A stretch of 64,000 nucleotides of DNA from Lama glama (lineage: Eukaryota). Within the stretch, counting starts at the first letter, position 1. Each line of letters opens with the position of its first letter. The stretch is from assembly GCA_028534125.1 (NCBI GenBank), contig CM052831.1, forward strand, positions 558,001 through 622,000, in the 5' to 3' direction. The notes beneath the pieces were generated by a model. It was not told the DNA's origin, did no database searches, and saw only the letters and a program-made list of their open reading frames with translations. Of this stretch, positions 1-24,788 are shown piece by piece. Position numbers and translations under genes: made by a program.

Positions 1-13040
<13,040 letters not shown>

Positions 13041-16000
13041 GCCGCCAGCCGCAACAGCCCAGCCAGCAGGAGTTGAGTGAGAGGGCCCTCGGGACAACCT
13101 CCATCTGGTGGCCAGAGCTGGGAGGTCCGCCGAGGCAGCCCCACCCTGGCCAGGCCGAGTGTCCTGCGCTGGGGGCCAGGTGTGCTGTCCTGGTCCCCCG
13201 GCCTCCTCGTCCCCTTCCTGCCTGGCAGGGGTCCCAGTTCTTAGTTGGTGTGGGCGAGATGGTGCCTGCAGTACCTTCCCTGCCCAGAGCTACTTGCCAC
13301 AGGGCTGGGGAGCCCAGGTGTGAGCAGGGTCCTGCTCGGGATGCTAGGGTGACTGCGGAGGACTTGTGGGTTGGGCTGGAGCCCTCCAGCAGGGGGAGGC
13401 CAGTCCGTCTCCCTGAGGCCAGACTGCCGAGGCCAAGAGGGCCAAGGGCTGGGCAGGGGTCAGCTGGGCCAGGTTTCCTGGGCAGAGTCTGAGGGCTGGG
13501 GCCTGGCTGGCAGCCGGGGGCGCTGAATACCCAGGGCCCAGCCAAGGTGAGCTGACGTGGGTCTGGGCCATTGCCACCCCCCGTCATGTCCGGCACCCCC
13601 ACACTCGCCGCCACACCACCGCCACCATCCTCCGATTCACCGCGTGCTCTCCGCGGCCAAGGCTGGAGCTCCACGTTGATCTCGCCCCGAGAGAGGCCCC
13701 GGCCCCCTCCTATGGAGGGGCTGCAGGCTGGCTCTGCGCAGGGCCCAAGTGACTTCCAGAAGGACTCGGGTCCCCTTTCTGTCCTCAGGGCTGTGCCTCT
13801 GGGAGCCAATGGGCCTGGGGCTCCGGGTCAGGAGTGCACGTTCCCCCTTATTTATTCCCCCGCCCACCCTGGGCTGAGCTCCACTGGTGGAGGTCTCGGG
13901 AGCAGCCCCCCGCCCCATCCCAGCTCCTTCATCCACCTTCCAGTCTGCCTCTCAGCAGAGTGCTGGCCCCTCAGGGCGCTGGGACATAGAGGGGACAATA
14001 CTCGTGTTGTCGGGGAACAAAGGAGTCCTGCTCTGCTGGGGCAGCGGTCCAGCGGGGGCCTCGGACCACACCCACTGGCCTGGCCCGGAGCAGGATGCAG
14101 TGACCAGGGGGCCTGGGGGTCGGCCCTGCCCACCCTGCCCTCAGCGAGCGAAAGAGAACACATTTTTAATTAAAAAACCTGTACATATATATACATATAT
14201 ATATATGTGGCTCTAGCCTCAGTCTCCAGCCCCAGTGGGGTCCTGTACAGTTACCTGGAGGAGGAGAAATTTTTCAGCTAGAACAAGGAAGTGAAGGCAG
14301 AGGGAACGATGCCAAACGGTTGCGGAGAGCGTGGCCAGAGCTTCCCTGCGTGGGGCTCCCAGGGCCTCCGCGCCTCGCCCCGCGGGTCGTCCTGTTTCCA
14401 CGGACGCGGGCCGTGGACTCCTGCATGACTGTGCTAGCGTTTAGTCTGACTTGGTCTTTTTAAAACTGCAAGTGTTGAATACTAGAGATTGTTAGGCCCT
14501 TTTTTCCATGTTTTTTAATTAATCAGTCACTTGTGAAGGCAGTGGCCCGTCCCCTTTTCAATTCACTTTTTCGACGGTACTGAAGATTCCCACAGACTTT
14601 AAGGGACAGCTAACTGTGGCCGGCCCTGCGCCCGCAGGCCGCCCGTCCTCCGTCCCCCAAAGCAGCGTGAGCCGGACCAAGCACCTTGATCAGCTTAGGA
14701 GCTGCTCCCTCGCGAGAAGGGTGGGGGTGGGGGTGAAATCCACCACCTTCTGACTCAGGAAGCTCCTGCAACGGGGGAGGGGCGGGGGGACAGGTGTCCC
14801 TGGGCCCCGTGGGCACTGAGCAGGCCTCCCACCCAGGTGGGTGTCCAGCTGGAGCTCAGGCCAGCATGGGCTTCCACCCTGAGTGCCCCTTCCTGCCCAG
14901 ATGCCGCCCAGGTCTGAGCCCCACCCCCCGAGTTTTCCCCAACGCTGCTTCTGATCGAAGCCCCTGTTCTTCCAGTCCTGCTCTGGCTGGGGGCTCCTCA
15001 GCCCCTGTGCCGCCCTCTTCAGAGTCCAATCCCCTTCCTAGGGCTTCCCAGGCCCCCGCGGGGAGCTGGCCCCTGTGCCCACCATGAGGGGGCCCTTGTT
15101 GCCCGGTCGCAGGTGGGCTGGGTGGGAGTGACACAGAGGGAGGGGAGTGGCCAGCCCTGCCTGGCGTGTGGCCTCGTGGGGCTCGCACACATGTCAGGTG
15201 CAAGCACTTTAGCACTGTCTGTTTACACACGAGCTGATCGCGGACCTAGGCCTGCTGTCCACCCAGCGCACCACGGCTGTGTCTCCCTCCCTGGGTCTGG
15301 AGTTAGACTCTGAGGCCTCCTCATCCCTGGTTGCACGGTCCTCACCGTGCCCAGGCACCCACCGTCACCTCCAGCATCCTCCTTGCCAGGCACTCGGACC
15401 CCAAGCTCTGGCTCTGGCCTGGGGCACAGGGGATTGGAGCCTGCTCTGTGCAAGCAGGAGGTGCAACTGCCTGAGGTCCTCCCAAGTCCCAGGGCTGGGG
15501 GTCTGGGCCGCGGGCAGGGCGCTGAGTCAGGACACCCACTGCCTGGACACTGCTGCTACCGCCTGTCCTGCCACGGTCAGCCCTCCCCTCGCCTGCACGC
15601 GTCTCAGGAGTGCCCGGGATGGCTCAGCCTGGGTCCGGGAGCCTGGCCTCCCCATATACCTCGAGCTTGCCCGCGCTCCCTGACCCAGGGCCGCCGGCCC
15701 CCTACTCCCCAGCCCTGGGCCCAGGAAGAGGGGCCTGTGGCTGGCCAAGTGGCGCCCGCCCTCCCCGGTCAGCCCTGCCGAGTGAGCCGCTGCCCGTCCC
15801 AGAGCTGAGGGCTCACGCCGTTGGTGCTACACATGCTAGAATAGATATATTTAGAGAGAGAGATATTTTTAAGATGAAGCCCACAATTAGCTGTCCTTTA
15901 ACGCCACAGAGCCCCCACCCAAAAGAAGAGCGATCACTCGCGACCTGAGCTGCCCCCTCGGCCCCCGCCTCGCCCAGGGGCAGCAGGGCTGACAGACGCT

Positions 16001-16110
16001 CGGCCCGCAGGTTGTGTAAATACACGGCTGTTTCCTATTTTACTGTCTCAGATTTAGTACTTGTAAATACACACACACTAAGGAGAGAGTAAACATTTTT
16101 GCTAAAGCTC
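13041..16110 (+). other. PLXNA1: PLXNA1 3'UTR (end approximate)
   Basis: No recognisable transposon after the stop; AU-rich blocks at ~14155-14210, 14430-14600 and 15825-16105; variant poly(A) signals at the end. Confidence 0.75.
16062..16110 (+). terminator. Probable distal polyadenylation site
   Basis: TGTA at 16062, AATACA at 16066-16071, AGTAAA at 16088-16093, GT/T-rich GGGTTTTCGTTG at ~16119. Confidence 0.6.
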
Positions 16111-18294
16111 GCGGCTCCGGGTTTTCGTTGCTGCAAGGGGTCTGGGGGGCACACGGCCAGCACGGCTGCACACACATCCCACTCTCCACCCTCGGCTGTG
16201 GCCGGGCCTCGGTGCTACCGGCGCTCGGTGTGGCCAGGGCAGCAGGCCCAGCGGTGTGGCGCCCGGAGGCTGTGGGGGCACCTGGGCACCCTCAGCCTGG
16301 TCCCCGCCCGGCGGCTCCCGCTGCCCCTGGGCCCCGCAGTGTGTCCTCGCGCCTGGGCTCAGCATTGCTCCCCTGGGGCCTGCTGAAGTGCAGGCTCCAA
16401 CCCGGAGGGCCCGGGGCAGCCCACCCGGGGCAGCAGGGCTAGAGCTGCACAGCCCCGGGCTTTCTGGCCAGAAGCACCCCGTTGGGAACCTCAAAGCCGA
16501 GGAACTCAGTCTGGGAAATGTGGCCCTTCTGGCACAGACCAGTTCGGCCCCGTGAGGGTTCGGACGTGGGTTTCCTGACCGAGGTCTTGATGTAGACTCT
16601 CCCAGCAGTGCCTCTGGGCAGGGCCCTGGCTCTGGGCTGATCCGACAGGGACCACCGTTTCTACCCAAAGGCGTTGGCGTCAGAGGTGGCCAACACGGAG
16701 GAGGCAGGCCTAGGAATGAATGAGGCAGGTGTGATGGACCTCGAGGGGCAGACCTGCACACCGGCCTGTGCCTGATCTCCAGGCCACCCAGGAAGTAACA
16801 GTGACAAGGCCGACGGCCCACTTGTCGTCCAGCCGCTGTCGGCACGGCCAGTGACCTGCTGCGGCCCTGACAGCGACCCACACGCAGGTGGCGAGGGGAG
16901 CTGAGGGCCACGCGAGTGGTGAGCCGCCTTGTGGGACTGAAAGCAAGAGGGGGCCCCTCGAGAAGCCGGGCCACGCTCCTGCCTGTCTTTCCGCAGAATC
17001 TGTTCTGAGGGCGCTGAAGGGGTCCATAAATCATCAGTGCCTCCTGCTCCAAAACAGGCCCATCCTGACAGCCGGGGCCGCGGGCGGCGAGCTCAGCGCC
17101 AGGCTCAATTACCGAAAAGGAATCAGTGTAATCAGCATGAAGTTGCATCAGAAACAGATTCAGCAAATGTGGTCCCGTTTGGGGTGTGACGTGGCCTGTC
17201 CCCACAGCTCTGTGCCCTCCAGCTTTGTAGCACAATCAGCCGTGCCTCAGTTACCCTTGCCAGGCCACCGAGAGCCCAGCCCTGCCAGCCTGGAAGCAGG
17301 TGGCCGTCTCAGCACAGTGCGGCCAGGGCTCGCCGTGATCAAGCGTGATTGTGCGGGGAGCGTGGTGCGGGAGGGTGTCAGTGCCGGGCTCACCAGCCGC
17401 TCCGGGCGGGGCAGAAGGGTGGGGGTGCCTGTGTGCCCAGCCCTGCTAGGCCCTGGTGATGGAGTGGCGGATGGAGCACGGACCCCGTGAGCCGGGATGA
17501 CATAACAGGCCAGGCTGGAGATCACCCGGGGGACTGCAGGGGGCATGGGGTGGCAGCCAGCTGGACGGATGGCAAGGGCCGTCTGGGGATGTGCGGTGGC
17601 GGGGGGGCCTGAGAGGGCAGTGTCTCCGGGCAGGGTGGCTGGCGTGCTGGAGGAGCAGCACACGAGGCCACGGAGGGGTCTCCAGTCCCAGGGGGAGCCG
17701 GGGCTGCTCTGAGCTCCTTGGGCAGCAAGACAGCAGGCTCTGATTCGCACGTGGAGGCCACGGGGCTAGAGGGCCAGGGGCCACCTGGGAGGCTCTCTGG
17801 GGGCGGAGGCCCTGCTTTCCCCCGGGGACCCTGCAGCCCGTCAGGTGATACTGCTTCCTGGCACATGTGGCCTTTCTGGAAGCAGCTGGGGAGGCATCAG
17901 TGGAAGGTGCTTGGATAACACCTGGGCTAGACGTCTAGTTCTCAGGAGCAAGGGTTCTGGAGAGCAGAGCCACCACCGTCTGCAGTGGGCGCGTGGCATG
18001 AGCGTGTGCAGGACACAGACCTTGCAGGAACTGCTGCTTCTGCAGCATGGCCCAGGACACACTGACCATTACAGGCTGGCAGCATTCAGTCTGCACGCAG
18101 GAGGACCTGGGGACAGGTGAGATGCACCGCTTCCCCATGGACACAGGGCTGTCAGTGTGGAGCCAGCATTCAAGCCTAGACTATCCGCCAGCTCACTTGG
18201 GGTCTAAGTACTTTGAGAAATTGGCTTTTCTGTGTCCAGCTGAAGACCACCCCAATCATACCCAAGCATGTATTCCTTGCTAGGGGGCCCCTCT

Positions 18295-18670
18295 CCATTA
18301 CAAATGGCAGAAACAACCTAAACTGGCTGGAACAATGAAAGGAATCTGGCTCCTGCAATAGAAAGTCCAAGGGTACATCCAGCTTCAGGCATGGCTGGAT
18401 CCAGAGGCTCCATGAGGTCACAAGGAATCTGCCTTTCTCCTTCTCTGTTCTCTGTGTAGGTTTCATTAGAAGGCAGGCTCTTCCCAAATCAGGGCACCAA
18501 TGGCTGCTAGAGGCTCTGGGCTAACCAGCTCGGCAACCAGGTGGTAAGAAAGCCCCTTTGCTCCACGTGTGTCCAGGTGGGGATTTCACTGGCCAACTTT
18601 AGGGCACATGTCTATTTGAACCATCCAGAGGATGAAGTGCTCTGACCAGACCCAAGTCACATAGCCAGTG
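18295..18670 (-). mobile_element. Old MaLR LTR (MLT1J/K/L-like)
   Basis: AGCTTCAGGCATGGCTGGATCCAGAGGCTC hallmark. Confidence 0.65.
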
Positions 18671-19399
18671 GGAGCGCTCGGTCCATCTGCACCTCAGGGT
18701 TTTCCGAGTTACGCGGGGCACGGAGCAGGGAGTCTTGTGCAGTTTATAGGTTCTGCCTGTGTCTGCTGAGGATTCCTGGGGGTGGATGGATAGCTGAGGT
18801 GCCTGGGCACCTCCACAACCACCCAGTCTCTTCCTGGTGGCCTCTAAGTAATCGCTGATTGCCCACTTGAAACTCCCTCAAAATGCCTGAGTTCTGTGTG
18901 CCAGCCGGCTTGTGCCGCCCGTGGGATCTTGGTGTTGGGGGGGGGGGCCTGGCCCGAGATGATCCACTAGACCGGTGAGCTGGCCAGGTAACAGGCGGGG
19001 CCAGGGTGGCCGTGAGAGGAGATGGACCCCGAGCACGGAGAGATGTCAGTGAATTCTGATCCCTGACCTGGGTGTTTTCACAACGGGGCTGGAGTGGGGA
19101 CCTCCAGGGCGTGGGATGGGTATGGGGTGGTCTGCTCCAGCCTGAGTAATGTCACCTCTCCTTCACTGCCCCTTCGAACCCCACCTGCCAATCCCCACCA
19201 GCTCCCCATCCATCCACCTGGTCATTGGTCCACTGCTGCCCCCCGTCTCGGTCACACCCACCCACCACTCCACCGTCAACACCATCCATCCACTTCCGGG
19301 GGCAACTCCCCTGTCTCTCCAGCCCCCTAGTTCTATCCCCAGATCCATCCAGGTTCGGCAGAGGCAGGGTCACAAAGGATTTGAACTCATGAGCGTCAG

Positions 19400-20015
19400 G
19401 GAGGGTGTGGAGACACTGGACACTTGTGCACGGCTGGTGGGAAAGGGAAAGGGGGCAGCTGCTGCGGAAAGCACCGCAGTGGTTCCTTCAAAGCTCAACA
19501 CAAAACCACACGTGATCCAGCAGCCCTCCTTCTGGTATGTACGCAGCAGACCTGAAAGCCGGGGTGCAGAGAAGTCTGCACACCCACGTTCACTGCAGCC
19601 AAGAGGCGGGAACAACCCACGGGGACAAACAGAATGTGCTACACACACTGAGATGTGATTCAGCCCGAGACGGAGGGAAACTCGGGCACCTGCTGCACCA
19701 CGGATGAGCCTCGAGGACGTGATGCTCAGTGAACGAGCCGTCACAGGACGGATCCAGCAGGCGCCCGCTCGGGGAGGCCCTGGGGGGTCAGGTTCACAGG
19801 GACGGGCAGTGGGTGGGGGGCCAGGGGCTGGGGGCAGGGGGGGTGTGGGGATAGTGGTTGGTGGGGACAGAGGTTCCATTTGGGAAGAAGAAAAGGTTCT
19901 GGGTGGATGGTGGTGATGGCTGAACAAGGATGTGAATGTGCTTGGTGCCCGTGAGCCACGCCTTCAGAATGGTTAGACTGTAAGTCTTGTGTTTCATGTA
20001 TCCTGCCACATCTAA
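19400..20015 (+). mobile_element. L1MB-type LINE, ORF2 end and 3'UTR
   Basis: GGATGAGCCTCGAGGACGTGATGCTCAGTGAA; TTTGGGAAGAAGAAAAGGTTCTGG...GATGGTGGTGATGG...ATGTGAATGTGCTT. Confidence 0.8.
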
Positions 20016-21519
20016 AGGAACAACGCACGTTAAAGGAGCCTGGTGCCCACCGTGTGGAGCGGAAAGTCCCGGAATGTGCTGCAGCGGGAGGGCCCGCCCT
20101 TCCCCTCGGGCCTGACGGTCTCATCCCTCGGCTGCAGGGACGATGGCCCCACAGCTCTGCCCGCTGGGTGCCTCCCCGGGGGCTGCGCGGTGCCAGGGCA
20201 GGACCTCTCATCTCCCCACCCCAGGCTCCCGGCTGCCGCTCCCACCTTCCCCAGGCCCAACCCCACTCCTGCCCCAGGGGCGTCCCTCCTCCACTGCCTG
20301 GAGCCCTGCTGTCTGCGGGCGGGTCCATCCCCCGGGGCTCTGACAACTCCAAGGCCTCACCCGGCTGCCCGCTCCCCCGCCCAGCAGGTGCCCCTGGAGG
20401 AGCCCGGACGGTGCGCTGCTCCCCTCCACCCCTGGGCTGGGTGCTGAGCTCCACCAGAACCTCTGGCCCAGCTTCCCCTGCGGTGGCTTCGAAGCCCGGC
20501 TCTCTTTTTCTGTAAAGGATAAACATTTTTTTCTTACATAGCCCATGTCATTATCGGGCTGACAGAATGATCGTTTGTTTATTCAGATCCCAGCCATCTC
20601 CCAACTGCATTTTCACAGGTGGAGGACAAAGGGCCCTGGGGCCCGGCGCCCGGGCGCACCCACTGCGCACTTTCCTTCGCCCTGCGCTGTCCCTGCCTCA
20701 GCAGCTCTTCCACTGCCTCAGAACTTCCTCCAACACACTCCCCCGTCTTAACTAGAGGAAAGGACTTGAAAGGGGAGCCTCAGGCAGTGTCCTAAGTGAA
20801 CATCTGGTATCGCTTGCCTTAAAGAGAAAGCGACTGTAAAGTAGCAAGTGAAAGCAAACAGGGTTTGAGATTCTAGCCACGAGCAGCTTCCAGCTGCCGG
20901 CAGGAAGTTACCAAGTGTGCCCTGGAGTCAGAGGGGCCCTCGGCCACCCTGGCCCGTGCTCCGAGGCCTGCAGTTCCGCTCCTGGTCCCCTTGCCACCGG
21001 CCCCCAGCCTGGGACCACCTCACCCGCTGCCTCTGCAGCCCCCAGCCCCCGCCAGGGAGGACTCCAGCATCAGCTCTGTCCCTCTGGAGTCCCAGCGCCT
21101 GCCCTGCAAAGTTAGATGCAGAGTTCACTTAGGGCACCTGCAGGCTGGCCTTGCCCTGCCGTGCCCCTCCCGCAAGGCCCGCGAGCTTTTCCTCCCTCAT
21201 TCCGCCAGCTTCCATCCGTGCACCTTGCCAGGAGGCCCTCAGTGGGCCCTGGACACCATGCCCACCCACCCCGCGCACATGTGCATCTGTGTCTGGGCAG
21301 GGCCTGCCTCCCTGCGGCCTGGTCTCTCCGGAAACGCCTCACGCACAGCTGGGACACTCCTGAAAGGACGCAGGGGAGGGCCCAGAGCAGCTTTTAGTCC
21401 AAGAAAGGCCCAGAAAGGCCTCTTCCCTCTTGCCAGAATGAATGACTCAAAAATCGTTTCTAAGATACAACTGCCTCTGAAATGATCAGTCTGCAGAGGG
21501 GAAGGGGTCTTGCACGAAG

Positions 21520-21650
21520 TCCCGTGTGTCTGGGGCAAGTCTCTGTCCCACCCTCAGCCTCCATCTCCTCGTCTGTAAAACGGGGAACAAGCTGACAGGC
21601 CCCTCTGGGCTGTCGGGAGAACTGTGCACTGATGTGTGTGTAAGAGTCAC
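21520..21650. mobile_element. MIR SINE
   Basis: GGGCAAGTC...CTCCTCGTCTGTAAAACGGGGA. Confidence 0.6.
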
Positions 21651-23334
21651 AGGGGGCGTGTCTGGGACCCTCGCAGGCATTTTCATCCCCGAAAGTGGAG
21701 ACCCCTTAGAGCCTAGGAGTTCCCTTGCCACTCCATGCCCCTCCCTGGGTGCCGCCCTCGGGAGGACCTGACGTGAGGAGAGGGGGTCCTGAAGCCCCTA
21801 GGCCACCTCCCTGCCACCAGCAGAGTCTCGCTGAGAGAGGACTGAGTTACCCCACTGCAGGCAGGGGCTTAGGAGCCCAGCGCTTGGGAGCCCAGCGAGG
21901 CTCCCGCCACTCCTGGTGAGACTTGAGAAGAAGGTGAGGGAGGGCCCTTGTGTCGTGAGGCTGGCCCAGGGCACAGCAGGGGTGAGGGGCTCCCGGGCAG
22001 CAGAAGGAGCCTGCAGTCAGGAAGAAGCGGCTGCTGGGCGGGGGAAGAGCAGCATCCAGACGCCATACAGAGGAGCCGCCCGGCCCCCAGAGCCGGTGCT
22101 CAGTGAGGACTGAAGCCGGGGGCTGGAGGTGATTGGGCCCAGGGCTGCTGCTCCAACTCCAGGAAGACCTAAGCTAAAGGTGCCCGTGGACTTGCGCAGC
22201 GTACAACCTGCACAGCTGTACGAGGTGGCCCTGAGTGGGCGAGGCACTTCCACTGGAGGCCCACCGCGGCACAGCCCTCCCACCGCTTCGTGGTGTCGGG
22301 AAGCCCCGCCAGCTTGGGAAGAAGGAAGGAGAGGGAGGAAGAGCCGTGCCAGGGAGCTGAACTGTGACCAGGACATCCCGTTTTCCCAGAAGAGACTTCA
22401 AATACCACTGGACTGAGATATTTGAAGGTTTAAATTTTAGTCCCGCTTCTCAGTAGGGCAGAAGCTTCGGAGCAAGGTTAGATAAGCCACAGGCTATCAA
22501 GAAGCTGCATTAGCAAAAGCACCCTCCCCAGCAGTCCCTGCCCTGCCGGCAGCCCCGGGCCCCGCACCTGGTGTCAGGGCACCTGCCCAGAGCCGCTGGG
22601 AGAGGTGGGGACGTCCTTCCGCTGGAGCCCCACTGGCTCTGAGGTCGCCAGACAGCCAGAGTCCTGCCGGGACATCGGAGGCTGGACACCAGGCCCCGGG
22701 CAGCCACAGGGGCTCCACACAGGGCAAGGGCCCAGCACGCCCGTCACAGCTGGGGAGGCCCCGGAGGCCAACAGGCAGCCCCTCTTGACTTCCAAACGCC
22801 GCCAGCTGAAACGCTTGCCACCAGCGGGCTCTCAGAACCCCGCGGGGCGGCTGCGGCGGGCCGGGGAGCGGGGTGCCTGGTCTGTGCAGGGCTCGGGCCA
22901 CGGGGCGGCCGCCTGAGTATCCGATGGTCTGCTGCCCCAGTGGGGGTCCCGGGTTCTGGAACCTAAAGAAACCCCGTGTCCTGTCACGGTGAGGTCAGCG
23001 AGTCTGAATCCTCTGCCTGTCCGTTTGGTCAGGTGTCACCTTCTCAGCAAGTCTCCAAGCAGCACTCACAGCCCCGCTCCCCCAGGGCGTCTGTCTGCAT
23101 TGCTGTTTCCCATTTTCCTCCAAACCACGGACTTGTGTCTTCTGGTTTTCCCGCACATTCCCTGGAGGCGGGGGTTGTGCCTGTCCAGGCCCTGCTGGGG
23201 CTCCGGCACCCAGAGCAGCACAGGAACACTGGGCCTCCGTCAGGCCCGCAGGAGGAACGCAGGAGGAGCGCTGCCCCGACACCCCGCATCTCCCGCCGGC
23301 GCAGGGCTGCCACATTCAGCGGTTCTGGGGCCCG

Positions 23335-23730
23335 CGCAGCAGGCCTTGTTTTCCCACGCTTCAGGGATAGAGCTGCGTGCAGATCGCAGTTGTGTGGCTG
23401 CCCTGCATGGGGCAAGCCTGTCGGTGCCACTTCCCTGCGGCACCTGCTCACTGTGTCACATTCCAGGAGTTCTTGCAGGATTTCAGACTCTACACAGCAA
23501 AACAGTGACAGCCCACTGAAGGCTCGGATGCGGTGAGGACTTTTTATCAGTAAAGTATTCTTTGATTAAGGCGCGAGTGTGTATTTTACACATAATGCTA
23601 TTGCGTTCTTGCACACCACAGTGTAAACTTTTATCCGTCCTGGGAAACCAAAACATCAGTGTGACCTGACTTGAGATTTCACTTTTTCGAGGTCACCTGG
23701 GACGGAACCTGCGGCGTCTCTGAGGTAACT
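23335..23730 (+). mobile_element. Internally deleted Tigger1 (Tigger1a-type) DNA transposon
   Basis: Tigger1 5' part (GCAAGCCTGTCGGTGCCA...TGTGTCACATT) joined to the 3' part (CTGAAGGCTC...CATAATGCTATTGC...CTGGGAAACCAAAA...TCTGAGGTA). Confidence 0.75.
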
Positions 23731-24244
23731 CCTCCCACCCCCGACAGAACCTCTGGGCTTCGGAGACATGATGTGTCCTCCCACGCTGGGGGTCGCTCTC
23801 CCACACCCTGACTACAGGCCCACCCTGCTTGAGGCCCAGACTCCACCCACCGCACATGGAAGTCCCCATGGACACAGTTCGGGTGGCTCCAAGGCCGCCG
23901 GGGTAGATGGGCTGCAGGACTGTCCCTGTCCCTACCCTCCCTGCAGTCCTGTGCTGCCTCCCGCTAGGGTGCCAGCTGTGTCTCCTGTGCCGGCCGCGGG
24001 TGGGCCCTACAACCTGGTCTGACCCACAGGGAGTGGCTGACATCTTGGTGCAGTTCAAGGCCAGGCCTCCGGCCTTGCCGCCTGCACTATCTCCTGGGTG
24101 GCGGCACCAGCCTGGGCCAGCCCACGGGCGTATGGCAGCCCACGTGGAGGAGGGGCCAGCTGGCCCGCCAAGACTATCCAAGACCAGCCTACCACAAGCT
24201 GACCCGAACAGTAATTAGTGCTCCTGACTTGAAGCCAGAGTTTG

Positions 24245-24402
24245 GAGAGGTTTGCTAAGCGTACGTGTGCCGGAAAAACACAGGACACCTAGTTAAATTT
24301 GAATTTCATGTGAACTACAGAGAATCATTGGTTGCTTATCTGAAATTCAGATTTTTAACTGGGTGTCCTATGTTTTCATTTGCTAAACTTGGCAACCCAG
24401 TT
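24245..24402. mobile_element. MER53 palindromic hAT MITE
   Basis: CAGGACACCTAGTTAAATTTGAATTTCA ... TGAAATTCAGATTTTTAACTGGGTGTCCT ... TGGCAACCC. Confidence 0.8.
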
Positions 24403-24411
24403 AAGCAACAG

Positions 24412-24788
24412 TGTTATGGGCTGAACTGTGTCCCCCCCCAAATTCACATGTTATAGCCCTAACCCCTGTGCCTCAGGATGGGGCTGAATTTGGAGACGGG
24501 GCCTTTAAAGACGTGATTGAGTTAAAGTAAGTTCGTCAGCATGGACCCTGATCCAACAGGACTGGTGTTCTTACAAGAAGGGGCGGGACCCAGACACGCA
24601 CAGAGGGACGCCCATGTGGGCGCACAGGGAGACGAGGCGGCCATCGACACGCCCAGGAGACGGGCCGGGAGAAACCAACCCTGGGCGCCTTGATCTCAGA
24701 CGCCAGCCTCCAGGCCTGAGAAATAAATGCCCGGGTTTAAGCCGCCTCGTGTGTGGTGCTGGTCGCGGCCGCCCCACGGACTCCTACA
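24412..24788 (+). mobile_element. MLT1A-type solo LTR
   Basis: TGTTATGGGCTGAACTGTGTCCCCC...TTGATCTCAGAC...CAGCCTCCAG...GAGAAATAAAT...TACA. Confidence 0.85.

Noticed and set aside
13098-13114. CTCF-like motif (reverse complement TGGCCACCAGATGGAGG)
   Set aside because: Mismatch at the strongly conserved C after GG; cannot be supported without ChIP data
16102-17235. 377-aa minus-strand ORF after the poly(A) site
   Set aside because: No recognisable homology or codon pattern; GC-driven
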